This document shows, in pieces, positions 1-8,965 of a stretch of 64,000 bases of DNA (within the stretch, counting starts at the first letter, position 1; every line of letters begins with the position of its first letter). The translations under genes were made by a program, and so were the position numbers. Below the pieces are notes generated by a model, which was given only the letters and a program-made list of their open reading frames with translations, was not told the DNA's origin and did not search any database. The DNA lies in assembly GCA_047601445.1 (NCBI GenBank), contig JASGJH010000001.1, positions 9,024,001 through 9,088,000 on the forward strand, in the 5' to 3' direction. The DNA is from Myxococcales bacterium. Its GTDB lineage: Bacteria > Myxococcota_A > Polyangia > Polyangiales > DASUME01.

Positions 1-1
1 G

Positions 2-637
2 CGGGTCACCGTGGGGACCGAGGACCGGGCTCACTACGGGGCCATGACCATGGAGCGCCAGATCGAGATCGTGCGCGACCAAGTGAAGGACGCCCTGGCC
101 AAGGGCGCTCGCGCGGCGCTGGGTGGGCTCGACTCGTTCAAGGGGCGTTTCATCGACCCCATCGTGCTCACCGACGTCACGCCGGAAATGAAGGTGATGA
201 CCGAGGAGACCTTCGGACCGGTGCTTCCCATCGTCAAGGTCTCCAGCGTCGACGAAGCCGTGCGGCTCGCCAATGCCACGTCCTACGGGCTGGGCTCGGC
301 GGTCTACGGCAAGCACGATGTCGAGCGCATCGCGGATCGACTGCGGGCGGGCATGACCTCCATCAACTCGGTCCTGGCGTTCGCCGGCATCACCAACCTG
401 CCGTTCGGTGGCGTGGGTGATTCTGGTTTCGGGCGTATCCACGGGGACGAAGGGCTCCTCGAATTCGTGCGGGTCAAGTCCACCAACCAGGAGCTATTCC
501 AGGTGCCGGGCCTGACCATGGTGTTCCAGGAGCCGGAGGAGCAGCTGGCCCAGACGCAGAAGATGATCAAGGCGCTCTACGGTGGGAGCCTGCTCGACGA
601 CGCGACGGGCCTGCTTCAGCGCATCACCAAGCGTTGA
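2..637 (+). CDS. Aldehyde dehydrogenase family protein, C-terminal part (5' end outside window)
   Basis: EETFGPVLPI, ANATSYGLGSAV and PFGGVGDSGFGR are ALDH motifs; frame is open to the left edge. Confidence 0.9.
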   Translation, partial: RVTVGTEDRAHYGAMTMERQIEIVRDQVKDALAKGARAALGGLDSFKGRFIDPIVLTDVTPEMKVMTEETFGPVLPIVKVSSVDEAVRLANATSYGLGSAVYGKHDVERIADRLRAGMTSINSVLAFAGITNLPFGGVGDSGFGRIHGDEGLLEFVRVKSTNQELFQVPGLTMVFQEPEEQLAQTQKMIKALYGGSLLDDATGLLQRITKR

Positions 638-676
638 GGCCTGGTGCGCCTTGCGTGAATGCGTTAGCGTCGCGCC

Positions 677-1858
677 ATGGATCTCTCGTTTTCGGCCGAA
701 GAAGAGGCGTTTCGTGACGAGGTGCGCAGCTTCCTCGACGAGGCCATGCCGCCCGAAATCGCGCTCAAGGCTGAGCGCGGCGAATACTTTCACCATGACG
801 AGATCATGGCCTGGCACAAGCTGCTCTTCGCCAAGGGCTGGGTCGCCCCGCATTGGCCGAAGGCGTTCGGGGGCGCCGAGTTCGACGCCACCAGGCGCTT
901 CATCCTGGCGGAGGAGCAGGCCCTGAAGGGCTCGCCGCCGCTATCTCCGTTCGGGTTGTCCATGGTGGGCCCCTTGATCATGCGCTTCGGTACGCCCGAG
1001 CAGCAGGCTCGCCATCTGCCCGGCATCCTCAGCGGGGAGGTCGCCTGGTGTCAGGGATACTCCGAGCCCAACGCCGGTAGCGATTTGGCATCGCTGCGAA
1101 CCACGGCCATCGACGAGGGCGATCACTTCGTGGTCAACGGACAGAAGACGTGGACCACCTATGGGCAGTACGCAGATTGGATCTTCTGCCTCGTGCGCAC
1201 CGATGCGACCGCCAAGAAACAGGCTGGCATCAGCTTTCTGCTGATCGACATGAAGAGCGAAGGCGTGGAGGCCAAGCCCATGCTCACCCTGGGAGGCACA
1301 CCGGCTTTTTGCGAGACCTTTTTCGAGAACGTGAAGGTGCCCAAGGAGAACCTGCTGGGCCCACTCAACGGTGGGTGGACGCTCGCCAAGGCACTGCTCG
1401 GGCACGAGCGCACGTTGATTGGCTCGGTGGCCCCGGTGCTGCGTGGGCTCAAGCGCTTGAAGACCATCGCCCGGGACACCTCGCGGGACAGCCTGCCACT
1501 GTTCGATGACCCGGTGCTGCGCACCAAGATCGCGCGCCTCGAGCTGCGCGCGCAGGCGCACCAAATGGCGAACTTTCGGGCGCTCGCGGACCAGGCCGCG
1601 GGCAAGCACCCGGGGCCCGAGACGTCCATCTTGAAGATCGTGGCGACCACGCTGCAGCAGGAAGTCGACGAGCTCACGATGGAGGTCATGGGCCACAACT
1701 CGCTCAACTGGCAGAGCAACCCGGAGGGCGTGGTGTCGCCCCTCGAGGCCTGGGTGGGCTCGGGCTTCTGTTACAACCGCGCCGTCACCATCTACGGCGG
1801 ATCCAACGAAATTCAGCGCAACATCATCGCCAAGGCCATCCTCGGCCTGCCGAGTTGA
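677..1858 (+). CDS. Acyl-CoA dehydrogenase (PimC/FadE-type large subunit)
   Basis: WCQGYSEPNAGSDLASL, NGQKTWTT and TIYGGSNEIQRNIIAK motifs. Confidence 0.93.
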   Translation: MDLSFSAEEEAFRDEVRSFLDEAMPPEIALKAERGEYFHHDEIMAWHKLLFAKGWVAPHWPKAFGGAEFDATRRFILAEEQALKGSPPLSPFGLSMVGPLIMRFGTPEQQARHLPGILSGEVAWCQGYSEPNAGSDLASLRTTAIDEGDHFVVNGQKTWTTYGQYADWIFCLVRTDATAKKQAGISFLLIDMKSEGVEAKPMLTLGGTPAFCETFFENVKVPKENLLGPLNGGWTLAKALLGHERTLIGSVAPVLRGLKRLKTIARDTSRDSLPLFDDPVLRTKIARLELRAQAHQMANFRALADQAAGKHPGPETSILKIVATTLQQEVDELTMEVMGHNSLNWQSNPEGVVSPLEAWVGSGFCYNRAVTIYGGSNEIQRNIIAKAILGLPS

Positions 1859-1870
1859 GGAACATCCGTC

Positions 1871-2995
1871 ATGGACTTCGAGTTTTCTGAGGACCAACAG
1901 CTGTTGGCCAAGACGGCCGCCGACTTCGTGAGCAAGCGATCTCCCGTCTCCCGCGCGCGCAAGCTGCGTGAGGACGCCACCGGCTACGAGATGTCGGTCT
2001 GGCGCGAGATGGCGGAGCTAGGCTGGCTATCGATTCCCTTTTCGGAACAGCTGGGAGGCATCGGCGGCAGCTTCGTCGATCTCGCACTGATCCTCGAGCA
2101 CCTGGGGCGTGAGCTGGTCCCGGAACCCTTCGTGCCCTCGGTGGTGCTGGCGGGGACCGTACTCGCACAAGGAGGGTCGATGGAGCAGCAGGAGCGCTTC
2201 CTCAAGCCCATGCTGGCCGGTGAGACCACGCTGGCGCTGGCCTACGCCGAGCGCGATCTGCGCTTCGACCTGGAGACCGTCAATACCGTCGCCACCAAGC
2301 AGAATGGGAGCTTCGTGCTGAGCGGCGAAAAGGTGTGGGTGCAGAACGGCCACGCCGCCCATCACATCGTGGTCAGCGCCGCGCACGACGGCTGGCTGCA
2401 GCTGTTCGTGGTCGATCGGGACACGCCCGGCCTCTCGATTCAGCGCGTGGACACCATCGATGGTCGCAGAGCTGCCGTGCTGCAGTTCGACGACGTAAAG
2501 GTCGCGAGCGACCGCCTGCTGGCGCAGAAGCCGGGCACCGAGTTGCTCGATTTGGCGCTCGACTACGGGGCCGCTGCGGCGGTGGCCGAGGGGGTAGGGC
2601 TCACGCAGCGCGTGCTCGACCTCACCATCGACTACCTCAAGACCCGCGAACAGTTCGACGTGAAGATCGGCGCCTTCCAGGCTTTGCAGCACCGCGCGGT
2701 CGACATGTTCATCGAAGCGCAGCTGATTCGCTCCATCGCCTTCAAGAGCAGCGTGTTGGTGGATCAGGCGGATCCCGGCGAGCGCCGCGCGGCCGTGAGC
2801 GCCGCCAAGGTTCAGCTCTCGGTGGGCGGTAAGTACGTCACGCGCCAGGCCATCCAGCTCCACGGCGGCATCGGCTGTACGGACGAGCATGACATCGGCC
2901 TGTATTTCAAGCGCATGCACGTGCTCAACACGCTCTACGGCGACGAGGAGCACCACGTGGAGCGCTACGCGAGCTCGGCCGACTTCAATCGCTGA
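1871..2995 (+). CDS. Acyl-CoA dehydrogenase (partner subunit of a tandem ACAD pair)
   Basis: YLKTREQFDVKIGAFQALQHR and AIQLHGGIGCTDE motifs; 12 bp downstream of the previous ACAD, GAGGA SD. Confidence 0.92.
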   Translation: MDFEFSEDQQLLAKTAADFVSKRSPVSRARKLREDATGYEMSVWREMAELGWLSIPFSEQLGGIGGSFVDLALILEHLGRELVPEPFVPSVVLAGTVLAQGGSMEQQERFLKPMLAGETTLALAYAERDLRFDLETVNTVATKQNGSFVLSGEKVWVQNGHAAHHIVVSAAHDGWLQLFVVDRDTPGLSIQRVDTIDGRRAAVLQFDDVKVASDRLLAQKPGTELLDLALDYGAAAAVAEGVGLTQRVLDLTIDYLKTREQFDVKIGAFQALQHRAVDMFIEAQLIRSIAFKSSVLVDQADPGERRAAVSAAKVQLSVGGKYVTRQAIQLHGGIGCTDEHDIGLYFKRMHVLNTLYGDEEHHVERYASSADFNR

Positions 2996-3001
2996 CGAGT
3001 A

Positions 3002-4747
3002 CTAGGTGCGCTCGAGCAGCCAGTCGCCCAACACCAGCGCATCGAGCGGGCTGTCGACGAAGCGAGCCAGGGCTTCCGACGGTGTCGTCACCAGCACGTC
3101 GTTTTGGCTCAGGCCGGCCACCAAAAGCATGGGGATGCCACTGCGCGTCTGAAGCAAGGTCAAGAGCTCGAACAGGGTCGAGCTGCTCTCGCGCTCCACC
3201 GTGTGCACTCGGCCTGTGCCGTCGGCGCGTGCCGCGCCCGGGACCAACGGCAGCTTCTCGGGCCGCAGCGGGAACACCTTGTTCATGAAGGGCACGTCGT
3301 CGTGGAGCGCGTACCAGTCCTTGGCGTGGTCGCGTCGGATCGACGTTCCGAGACTCGCCACGGCGGGATCGATGGCGAGCGCCCTCGCAAGGGCCTCCCG
3401 GGCCTCCGGGCGCCGCGGATCCGCCAACACGACGCGATGCCCGAGCGGCTGGAAACCCCATTCCGCACGTCCCTCGCAGAGGGCCACGAGCTTGCCGCGC
3501 TCCAGCAACTCCACCACGGCGCGCGTTCGCTCCGCAGGGCGCTCGGGACGTTGAAGGCGCACACGCGCCGCTTCGAGCTCGGAACGACGATTCGCGAGCA
3601 GGGATGCCACTTCGTCCGCCTCGAAGTCGGGCCCGAGGTAGGCGTGTGCCAGCGGTCCGTGGTGCTTGGCTCCGCGCTCCTGAAAGGTCGCAAAGAGGGC
3701 TGCTCCCACTGCGCCGGCGGCGTCGCCGGCTGCGGGCGGGACGTAGGCGCGCTTGAAGGGCGTGTTGAGCGTGATCTTGCCGTTCGCGACGGCGTTGAAC
3801 GCGCAGCTGCCGGCCAACACCAGGTGCAGCGAGGGGCGCTTGCGGTGAATGGCGTGCAGCAAGTGAAAGAAGGCGCGCTCGTACATGGCTTGCACGGAGC
3901 GCGCGATGTCGAGGTGACGCGGCTCGATGGAGGCTCCGGGAGCGCGCGCAGGTCCGAGCAGATCCTCGAGGGCCGCCGTGTAGCCTGGCCCAAGCGTGGC
4001 GTCTGCACCGTGCACCTCCTGCGAGCTCGCCCAGCTGGGCTGTCGCAGGAAGCGAAAATCGAGTTCGAATCCGCCGTCGCCCCTGAGGCACACGACCTTC
4101 GCCAAGGACTCCACCTGGGTGGGCTTGCCCCGAGCCGACAGCTCCATGACCCGCTCCTCGTGGCCGCGCGCGAATCCCAGGTACTGGGTCATGGCCTCGT
4201 AGAAGAGGGCGAGCGAGTGAGGGAAGTGCAACCGCCCGTCGATCTCGAGCTGATTCTGATGTGCGTAGCACCAGGCTGCGCTGGCGAAGTCTCGCAATCC
4301 GCCGAGCGAAAGCCCCACCGCCTCCTGCCAGGGAGACGTGTAGTAGGCCGCGGCGAGCTGGGCCACGTGGTGCTCCACGAAGGCGATGCGTCCACCGAAG
4401 CGCTCCTCCGGGAACGCCTGCGCGAGCGAGTCCTCGAGCGAGTGGGGCTGAAGTCGGTTGCGAAGCTGCTGCATGACGACGCCCAGGTTGGGCCGGGTCT
4501 GCACCATCTGGGTCAAACGTTCGAGGTCGTTCGCGCGGGGGTCCTCGCTGACCGCCACGACGTGCACGTCGGCCAGGCGCAGCTTGGCTTCGGCCAAGCA
4601 AAAGCGAATCGCGTGGGCGGGGAAGCCGGACCAGTGCGCCGCGCGACGAAAGCGCTCCTCCTGGGCCGCGGCGAGCAACTTGCCGTCTACCACGATGCTG
4701 GCAGCCGCGTCGCCGTGGTTGGCATGGACCCCCAGAATGACGCTCAC
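3002..4747 (-). CDS. Carbamoyltransferase (NodU/CmcH/TobZ family) with degenerate active-site motifs
   Basis: ILGVHANHGDAAAS..DGKLLAAAQEERF, PHSLALFYEAMTQYLGF and PAAGDAAGAVGAA; GTG start at 4747 follows GGAGG (ORF-track start 4912 looks too long). Confidence 0.88.
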   Translation of the reverse strand: MSVILGVHANHGDAAASIVVDGKLLAAAQEERFRRAAHWSGFPAHAIRFCLAEAKLRLADVHVVAVSEDPRANDLERLTQMVQTRPNLGVVMQQLRNRLQPHSLEDSLAQAFPEERFGGRIAFVEHHVAQLAAAYYTSPWQEAVGLSLGGLRDFASAAWCYAHQNQLEIDGRLHFPHSLALFYEAMTQYLGFARGHEERVMELSARGKPTQVESLAKVVCLRGDGGFELDFRFLRQPSWASSQEVHGADATLGPGYTAALEDLLGPARAPGASIEPRHLDIARSVQAMYERAFFHLLHAIHRKRPSLHLVLAGSCAFNAVANGKITLNTPFKRAYVPPAAGDAAGAVGAALFATFQERGAKHHGPLAHAYLGPDFEADEVASLLANRRSELEAARVRLQRPERPAERTRAVVELLERGKLVALCEGRAEWGFQPLGHRVVLADPRRPEAREALARALAIDPAVASLGTSIRRDHAKDWYALHDDVPFMNKVFPLRPEKLPLVPGAARADGTGRVHTVERESSSTLFELLTLLQTRSGIPMLLVAGLSQNDVLVTTPSEALARFVDSPLDALVLGDWLLERT

Positions 4748-4906
4748 ACAGCCTCCCGTCGAAGCGCGCCCGCGGGCGCGCAAGCGAAGATACGTGTGTC
4801 CCCACCAGGGACCACGTCGCCGCGAGGAGCGTAGCTGCTTCGCCCCCGACGGCACGTAGTGTTCCTCAGTATTTGCCAGTCTTCTCTTGACCGAATAGCC
4901 GGTTCG

Positions 4907-5054
4907 GCCCACAGGTAGAGATACCCGCGGCGGGGGTTTCCGCTGCTGGGCAACCAGGCGACTCTGGTTGTGGGCTCGCGACGCCAGGTAGGCGCGCGCG
5001 CTTCGGCTGGGTCGCTGTCAGCGCGAGGACGGGGGTATCCGTCCCGCAACGGAG
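4907..5054 (+). promoter_or_regulatory. Structured thrS 5' leader with two GGU-loop hairpins (putative tRNA-Thr-mimic translational operator) and SD
   Basis: Hairpins 4927-4946 and 5023-5047 share the apex CGGGGGT(T/A)TCCG; further stems GCCCACA/TGTGGGC, GGTA-GAGA-TACC, ACCAG/CTGGT; SD GGAG at 5051-5054. Confidence 0.6.
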
Positions 5055-5064
5055 CAACGACAAT

Positions 5065-7035
5065 ATGATTAGCGTGAAACTCCCGGACGGAGGCGTCCGC
5101 GAGCTTGCCGAAGGTGCAAGCTCTTTCGACCTGGCCTCTGCAATCGGACCCGGACTCGCCAAGGCCTCCGTAGCCGCCAAGGTGAACGGCGAAGTGGTGG
5201 ACTTGAATCGCCCGTTGCCCAACGGCGCCGAGGTTCAGCTCCTCACCAAGCGCGACGCCGACGCGCTCGAGGTGCTGCGGCACTCGGCCGCGCACTTGAT
5301 GGCCGACGCCATCCTGCGCGTGTTCCCCAAGGCCCAGCTCACCATCGGCCCCGCCGTCGAGGACGGCTTCTACTACGACATCTTCCTGCCCGAAGGGAAG
5401 ATCACGCCCGACGACTTCCCCAAGATCGAGGAAGAGATGGCGCGCATCGCCGACAAGGCCGCGCCCTTCGTGCGCTGCGTGTCGAACTACGACGAGGCGA
5501 ACGAGCACTTCGCGCGCTACCAGGCCATCGATGGCGGCCACAACAAGTTCAAGCAGGAGATCGTCAGCGACATCAAGGCGCGCGGGGACGAACTCACCTT
5601 CTACAAGCACGGCGACTTCATCGACCTCTGTCGCGGCCCGCACGTGCCGAACACGGGGTGGCTCAAGCACGTGAAGCTCACCAAGCTCGGCGGCAGCTAC
5701 TGGCGTGCCGACGCCAACCGCGAGCAGCTCGTGCGCGTCTACGGCACGGCCTTCTTCGACAAGCAGGAGCTCAAGGACTACCTGCACATGCTCGAAGAGG
5801 CCAAGAAGCGTGACCACCGTGTGCTCGGCGAGAAGCTCGACTTGTTCAGCTTCCACGAGGAGGCCCCCGGCTTCCCCTTCTTCCACGAGAAGGGCGCCAC
5901 GCTCTTCAATCTGCTCCAGAGCTACATGCGCGGCTTGATCCGGCGCGCCGGCTACCATGAGGTCAAGACGCCTCTGGTGATGAGCGAGGAGCTCTGGCAC
6001 ACGTCCGGTCACTACGACAACTATCTCGAGAACATGTTCTTCACGAAGCTCAAGCTGCGTGATCCGAACCAGCCCGAGAACGTGCGCGACAACGTGATCG
6101 AAGAGCGCCCGATGGCGGTCAAGCCCATGAACTGTCCGGGCCACTGCATCGTGTACCGCACGCGCTTGCACTCGCACAACGAGTTCCCGTTGCGCATCGC
6201 CGAGATGGGCCTGGTCCACCGGCGTGAGCTGAGCGGCGTGCGTCACGGTTTGTTCCGCGTCCAGGCGTTCACCCAGGACGACGCTCACCACTTCTGCCGG
6301 CCCGATCAGATCGAGAGCGAGATCTCGATGTTGATCGACTTCTTCAAGGAGCTCTACACCACGTTCGATCTCAACGACGTGCGGCTCGAGCTGAGCACGC
6401 GGCCTGCCAAGAGCATCGGCTCCGACGAGATGTGGGAGACGGCCGAGGGCGCGCTCAAGCGGGCTCTCGATTCGAAGGGGGTCGCGTACCAGCTCAACCC
6501 CGGCGACGGCGCGTTCTACGGCCCCAAGATCGACTTCCACATCCGCGACGTGCTGAAGCGCTCCTGGCAGTGCGGCACGATCCAGCTCGATTTCTCCATG
6601 CCGGCTCGCTTCGGCCTCACCTACGTGGGCGCCGACGGTCAGCGTCACACGCCCGTCATGCTCCACCGCGCCGGCTTCGGTAGCATCGAGCGCTTCCTGG
6701 GCATCATCATCGAGAACTACGCGGGCGCCTTCCCGCTCTGGTTGTCGCCGGTGCAGGCCATCGTCATCCCCATCAGCGAGAAGTTCGCGGACTATGCCAA
6801 CGAGATCAACGGCAAGCTGCTCGACCTCGGGCTGCGCAGCCAGGTGAACCTCAGCGACGACCGCGTGGGCTACAAGATCCGTGAGGCGAGCCTGCAGAAG
6901 CTGCCCTACGCCATCGTGGTCGGTGAGAAGGAGCTCGAGAATCGCACGGTGAACGTGCGCTCGCGCGACAAGGGCGAGCTCGGTGAGATGGCCCTGGACG
7001 CCTTCGTGGGCTCGCTCGAGGCCTGGAAGAAATGA
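5065..7035 (+). CDS. thrS: Threonine--tRNA ligase
   Basis: TGS domain, editing motifs HSAAH and DLCRGPH, KPMNCPGH, FTQDDAH, GAFYGPKIDF, WQCGTIQLDF, anticodon-binding C-terminus. Confidence 0.99.
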   Translation: MISVKLPDGGVRELAEGASSFDLASAIGPGLAKASVAAKVNGEVVDLNRPLPNGAEVQLLTKRDADALEVLRHSAAHLMADAILRVFPKAQLTIGPAVEDGFYYDIFLPEGKITPDDFPKIEEEMARIADKAAPFVRCVSNYDEANEHFARYQAIDGGHNKFKQEIVSDIKARGDELTFYKHGDFIDLCRGPHVPNTGWLKHVKLTKLGGSYWRADANREQLVRVYGTAFFDKQELKDYLHMLEEAKKRDHRVLGEKLDLFSFHEEAPGFPFFHEKGATLFNLLQSYMRGLIRRAGYHEVKTPLVMSEELWHTSGHYDNYLENMFFTKLKLRDPNQPENVRDNVIEERPMAVKPMNCPGHCIVYRTRLHSHNEFPLRIAEMGLVHRRELSGVRHGLFRVQAFTQDDAHHFCRPDQIESEISMLIDFFKELYTTFDLNDVRLELSTRPAKSIGSDEMWETAEGALKRALDSKGVAYQLNPGDGAFYGPKIDFHIRDVLKRSWQCGTIQLDFSMPARFGLTYVGADGQRHTPVMLHRAGFGSIERFLGIIIENYAGAFPLWLSPVQAIVIPISEKFADYANEINGKLLDLGLRSQVNLSDDRVGYKIREASLQKLPYAIVVGEKELENRTVNVRSRDKGELGEMALDAFVGSLEAWKK

Positions 7036-7367
7036 GTACGCTGGACGATCCGCGTTTCACGCCAGTGGAGCTTCGCGCCCCGCATGGGTCCACGTTCGTG
7101 GAGATCGTGTGGGCCGACGGCAAGGTCACGCACTACGAGAACGACGTGTTGCGCGGCTTTTGCCCGTCGGCGCTGTGGCAGGGCCACCAGGGGCCGCTGC
7201 GCTACATCCCCGGCGGCCAGACCGAGCTACTCGAAATCGAGGAGGTCGGAAGCTACGGCCTCAAGATGAACTGGCCCGACAACAACACGGGCATCTACAC
7301 GTACCGCTTCCTGCGTCAGCTCGGCGAAGTCGAGGGCGATCCTCGCAACATCGAGTTCGGGCGTTAG
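7032..7367 (+). CDS. DUF971 / GBBH-like N-terminal domain protein
   Basis: I.W.DG..H.Y...LRGFCPSA..QGH, EVGSYG and GIYTYRFLR pattern; ATGA overlap with thrS. Confidence 0.8.
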   Translation: MSTLDDPRFTPVELRAPHGSTFVEIVWADGKVTHYENDVLRGFCPSALWQGHQGPLRYIPGGQTELLEIEEVGSYGLKMNWPDNNTGIYTYRFLRQLGEVEGDPRNIEFGR

Positions 7368-7408
7368 GGACAACCGGACAACCCCTAGCTAGGGCGCGCG
7401 CGGCGGAA

Positions 7409-8965
7409 TCATCGAGGGGGGGTGGCGTCGAATTCCTCCGCCTCTCGATGCCGCTGCGTTTGGTGCAGCATCTTGGCGAGGTTTTTTCGCATCTTGGGAT
7501 TGTCCGGAAAACGGGCGAGCCCATCCCGTAGGACCTGCTCTGCCTCCGCGAGCTGTCCTCGTCGTGCGAGCAAGCGAGCCAGATTGTTGGACGCCGATGG
7601 CAAGCGCGGATCGAGCGCGAGGGTCCCACGTCTGACCGCCTCTCGATAGGCGAGGATGGCCTCCGCGTCCTTGCCCTCGAGCTCCAGGGCTTGACCGAGT
7701 TGGTAGGGCGCGATGGTGTCCACGGTGGTCTTTTGCATGCCGTCGGCGAACAGCAGCATGTTGTCCGTGAAGAGCAGGACGCGCGAGAGAGTCGCGTTCG
7801 CAACGAGTAGCAGCACGACGCCGGCCAGCAGCTTCGGCCAGGCAGAGCTGCGACGCGCGAGCGCACCCTCGAGGAGCCAGCCGAACACGATGCAAGGGGC
7901 CATCACCGAAAGCCACAGATAGCGGTCGGCCATGCGGTTCTGCAGCGGCACCAACACCTGGCTCACCGGCAGTAGCGGCGCGAAGAACCACAACACCAGG
8001 AAAGCAGGGGCCCGCCTGCCACGTTTCATTGCAACGACCGCATAGGCGATGGAGCCCACCACGGCGGCCATCCCGAGCACCGCCGGCAGGTCCCACGTGC
8101 TGCGCACCGGCACGTCGTGCGTGATGCTCAGTGTCCAGGGAGCCAGGCTCGCCATCAGGTAGCGAAGCCAGACCGGCCCCATGCTGATCAACGCGTGATA
8201 GCGTGAGCCGCCGAGGGGCTCCGCGACCATGCCCACCACGCGCCCGACGTACACGTGGGCGGCCATGGTCGCGACCACGCCCGCGCAGCAACCGAGATAG
8301 AGGGCCCTGTTGAGGCGCCTACGTAGCCACAGGTCCTGCGCCAGGAGCAGCCCCAATACCGCCACACTCATCGACTTCGCGAGACTCGCGGCCACCACCA
8401 AAAGCGGCACCAACCACGTCCGGTGACGCTGCTCTCCTGCGTGCACGTAGAGCGCGGCGCCCACGAAGATCAGAGCGAGCACGTCCTTCTGCCCAGCGAG
8501 CCATGCCACGGACTCCGCGTGAACCGGGTGCAGCGCGAACAGCAGGGCGCTGAACTCGGTCCCCAGTCCAGCGCCGAGGCAACGCAGGAGCGCGCCGCGG
8601 AAGAAGAGCGCGGCCGCCAGGTAGAGCAGCACGCTGGTCGCATGCAGGCCGGGTGCCCACAGGCCGAAGGTGCGCGTCTCCAGCCAGGCGAGCACGTCGC
8701 GTAGGGGTAGATACTCGGCTCCCAAGACGAGGCGTGTCTCGCGCGAGAAGTCGCTGAAGGCCAGGAGCGGCGTGCGCACGGCGTCGGGCGCCAGCAGCGG
8801 ATTGTTTTGGTAGAGCCAGCCGTCATCGTAGATGAGAAAGCCGCCGAAGACGCTGGGGCCGTAGGTGAGCAACACCAAGACGACGAGCACCACGGCTCCG
8901 AGGCCCGTTGAGAAGCGTGCGGTGACGGCTCGTGCCGACGTGGCGTCGGAGCGCTGCTCGGTCAT
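7409..8965 (-). CDS. Multi-pass membrane GT-C/TMTC-like glycosyltransferase with C-terminal TPR repeats
   Basis: YDD after TM1, YLPLR, LFALHPVHAESVAW..GQKD, ADRYLWL, then TPRs (ASNNLARLLARRGQLAEA). Confidence 0.8.
   Translation of the reverse strand: MTEQRSDATSARAVTARFSTGLGAVVLVVLVLLTYGPSVFGGFLIYDDGWLYQNNPLLAPDAVRTPLLAFSDFSRETRLVLGAEYLPLRDVLAWLETRTFGLWAPGLHATSVLLYLAAALFFRGALLRCLGAGLGTEFSALLFALHPVHAESVAWLAGQKDVLALIFVGAALYVHAGEQRHRTWLVPLLVVAASLAKSMSVAVLGLLLAQDLWLRRRLNRALYLGCCAGVVATMAAHVYVGRVVGMVAEPLGGSRYHALISMGPVWLRYLMASLAPWTLSITHDVPVRSTWDLPAVLGMAAVVGSIAYAVVAMKRGRRAPAFLVLWFFAPLLPVSQVLVPLQNRMADRYLWLSVMAPCIVFGWLLEGALARRSSAWPKLLAGVVLLLVANATLSRVLLFTDNMLLFADGMQKTTVDTIAPYQLGQALELEGKDAEAILAYREAVRRGTLALDPRLPSASNNLARLLARRGQLAEAEQVLRDGLARFPDNPKMRKNLAKMLHQTQRHREAEEFDATPPR

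Noticed and set aside
4907..4975. Cloverleaf-like structure as a tRNA gene or T-box riboswitch
   Set aside because: No TTC T-loop, canonical D-loop, 7-nt anticodon loop or CCA; no T-box UGGNACC bulge motif seen. Kept only as an mRNA leader structure.
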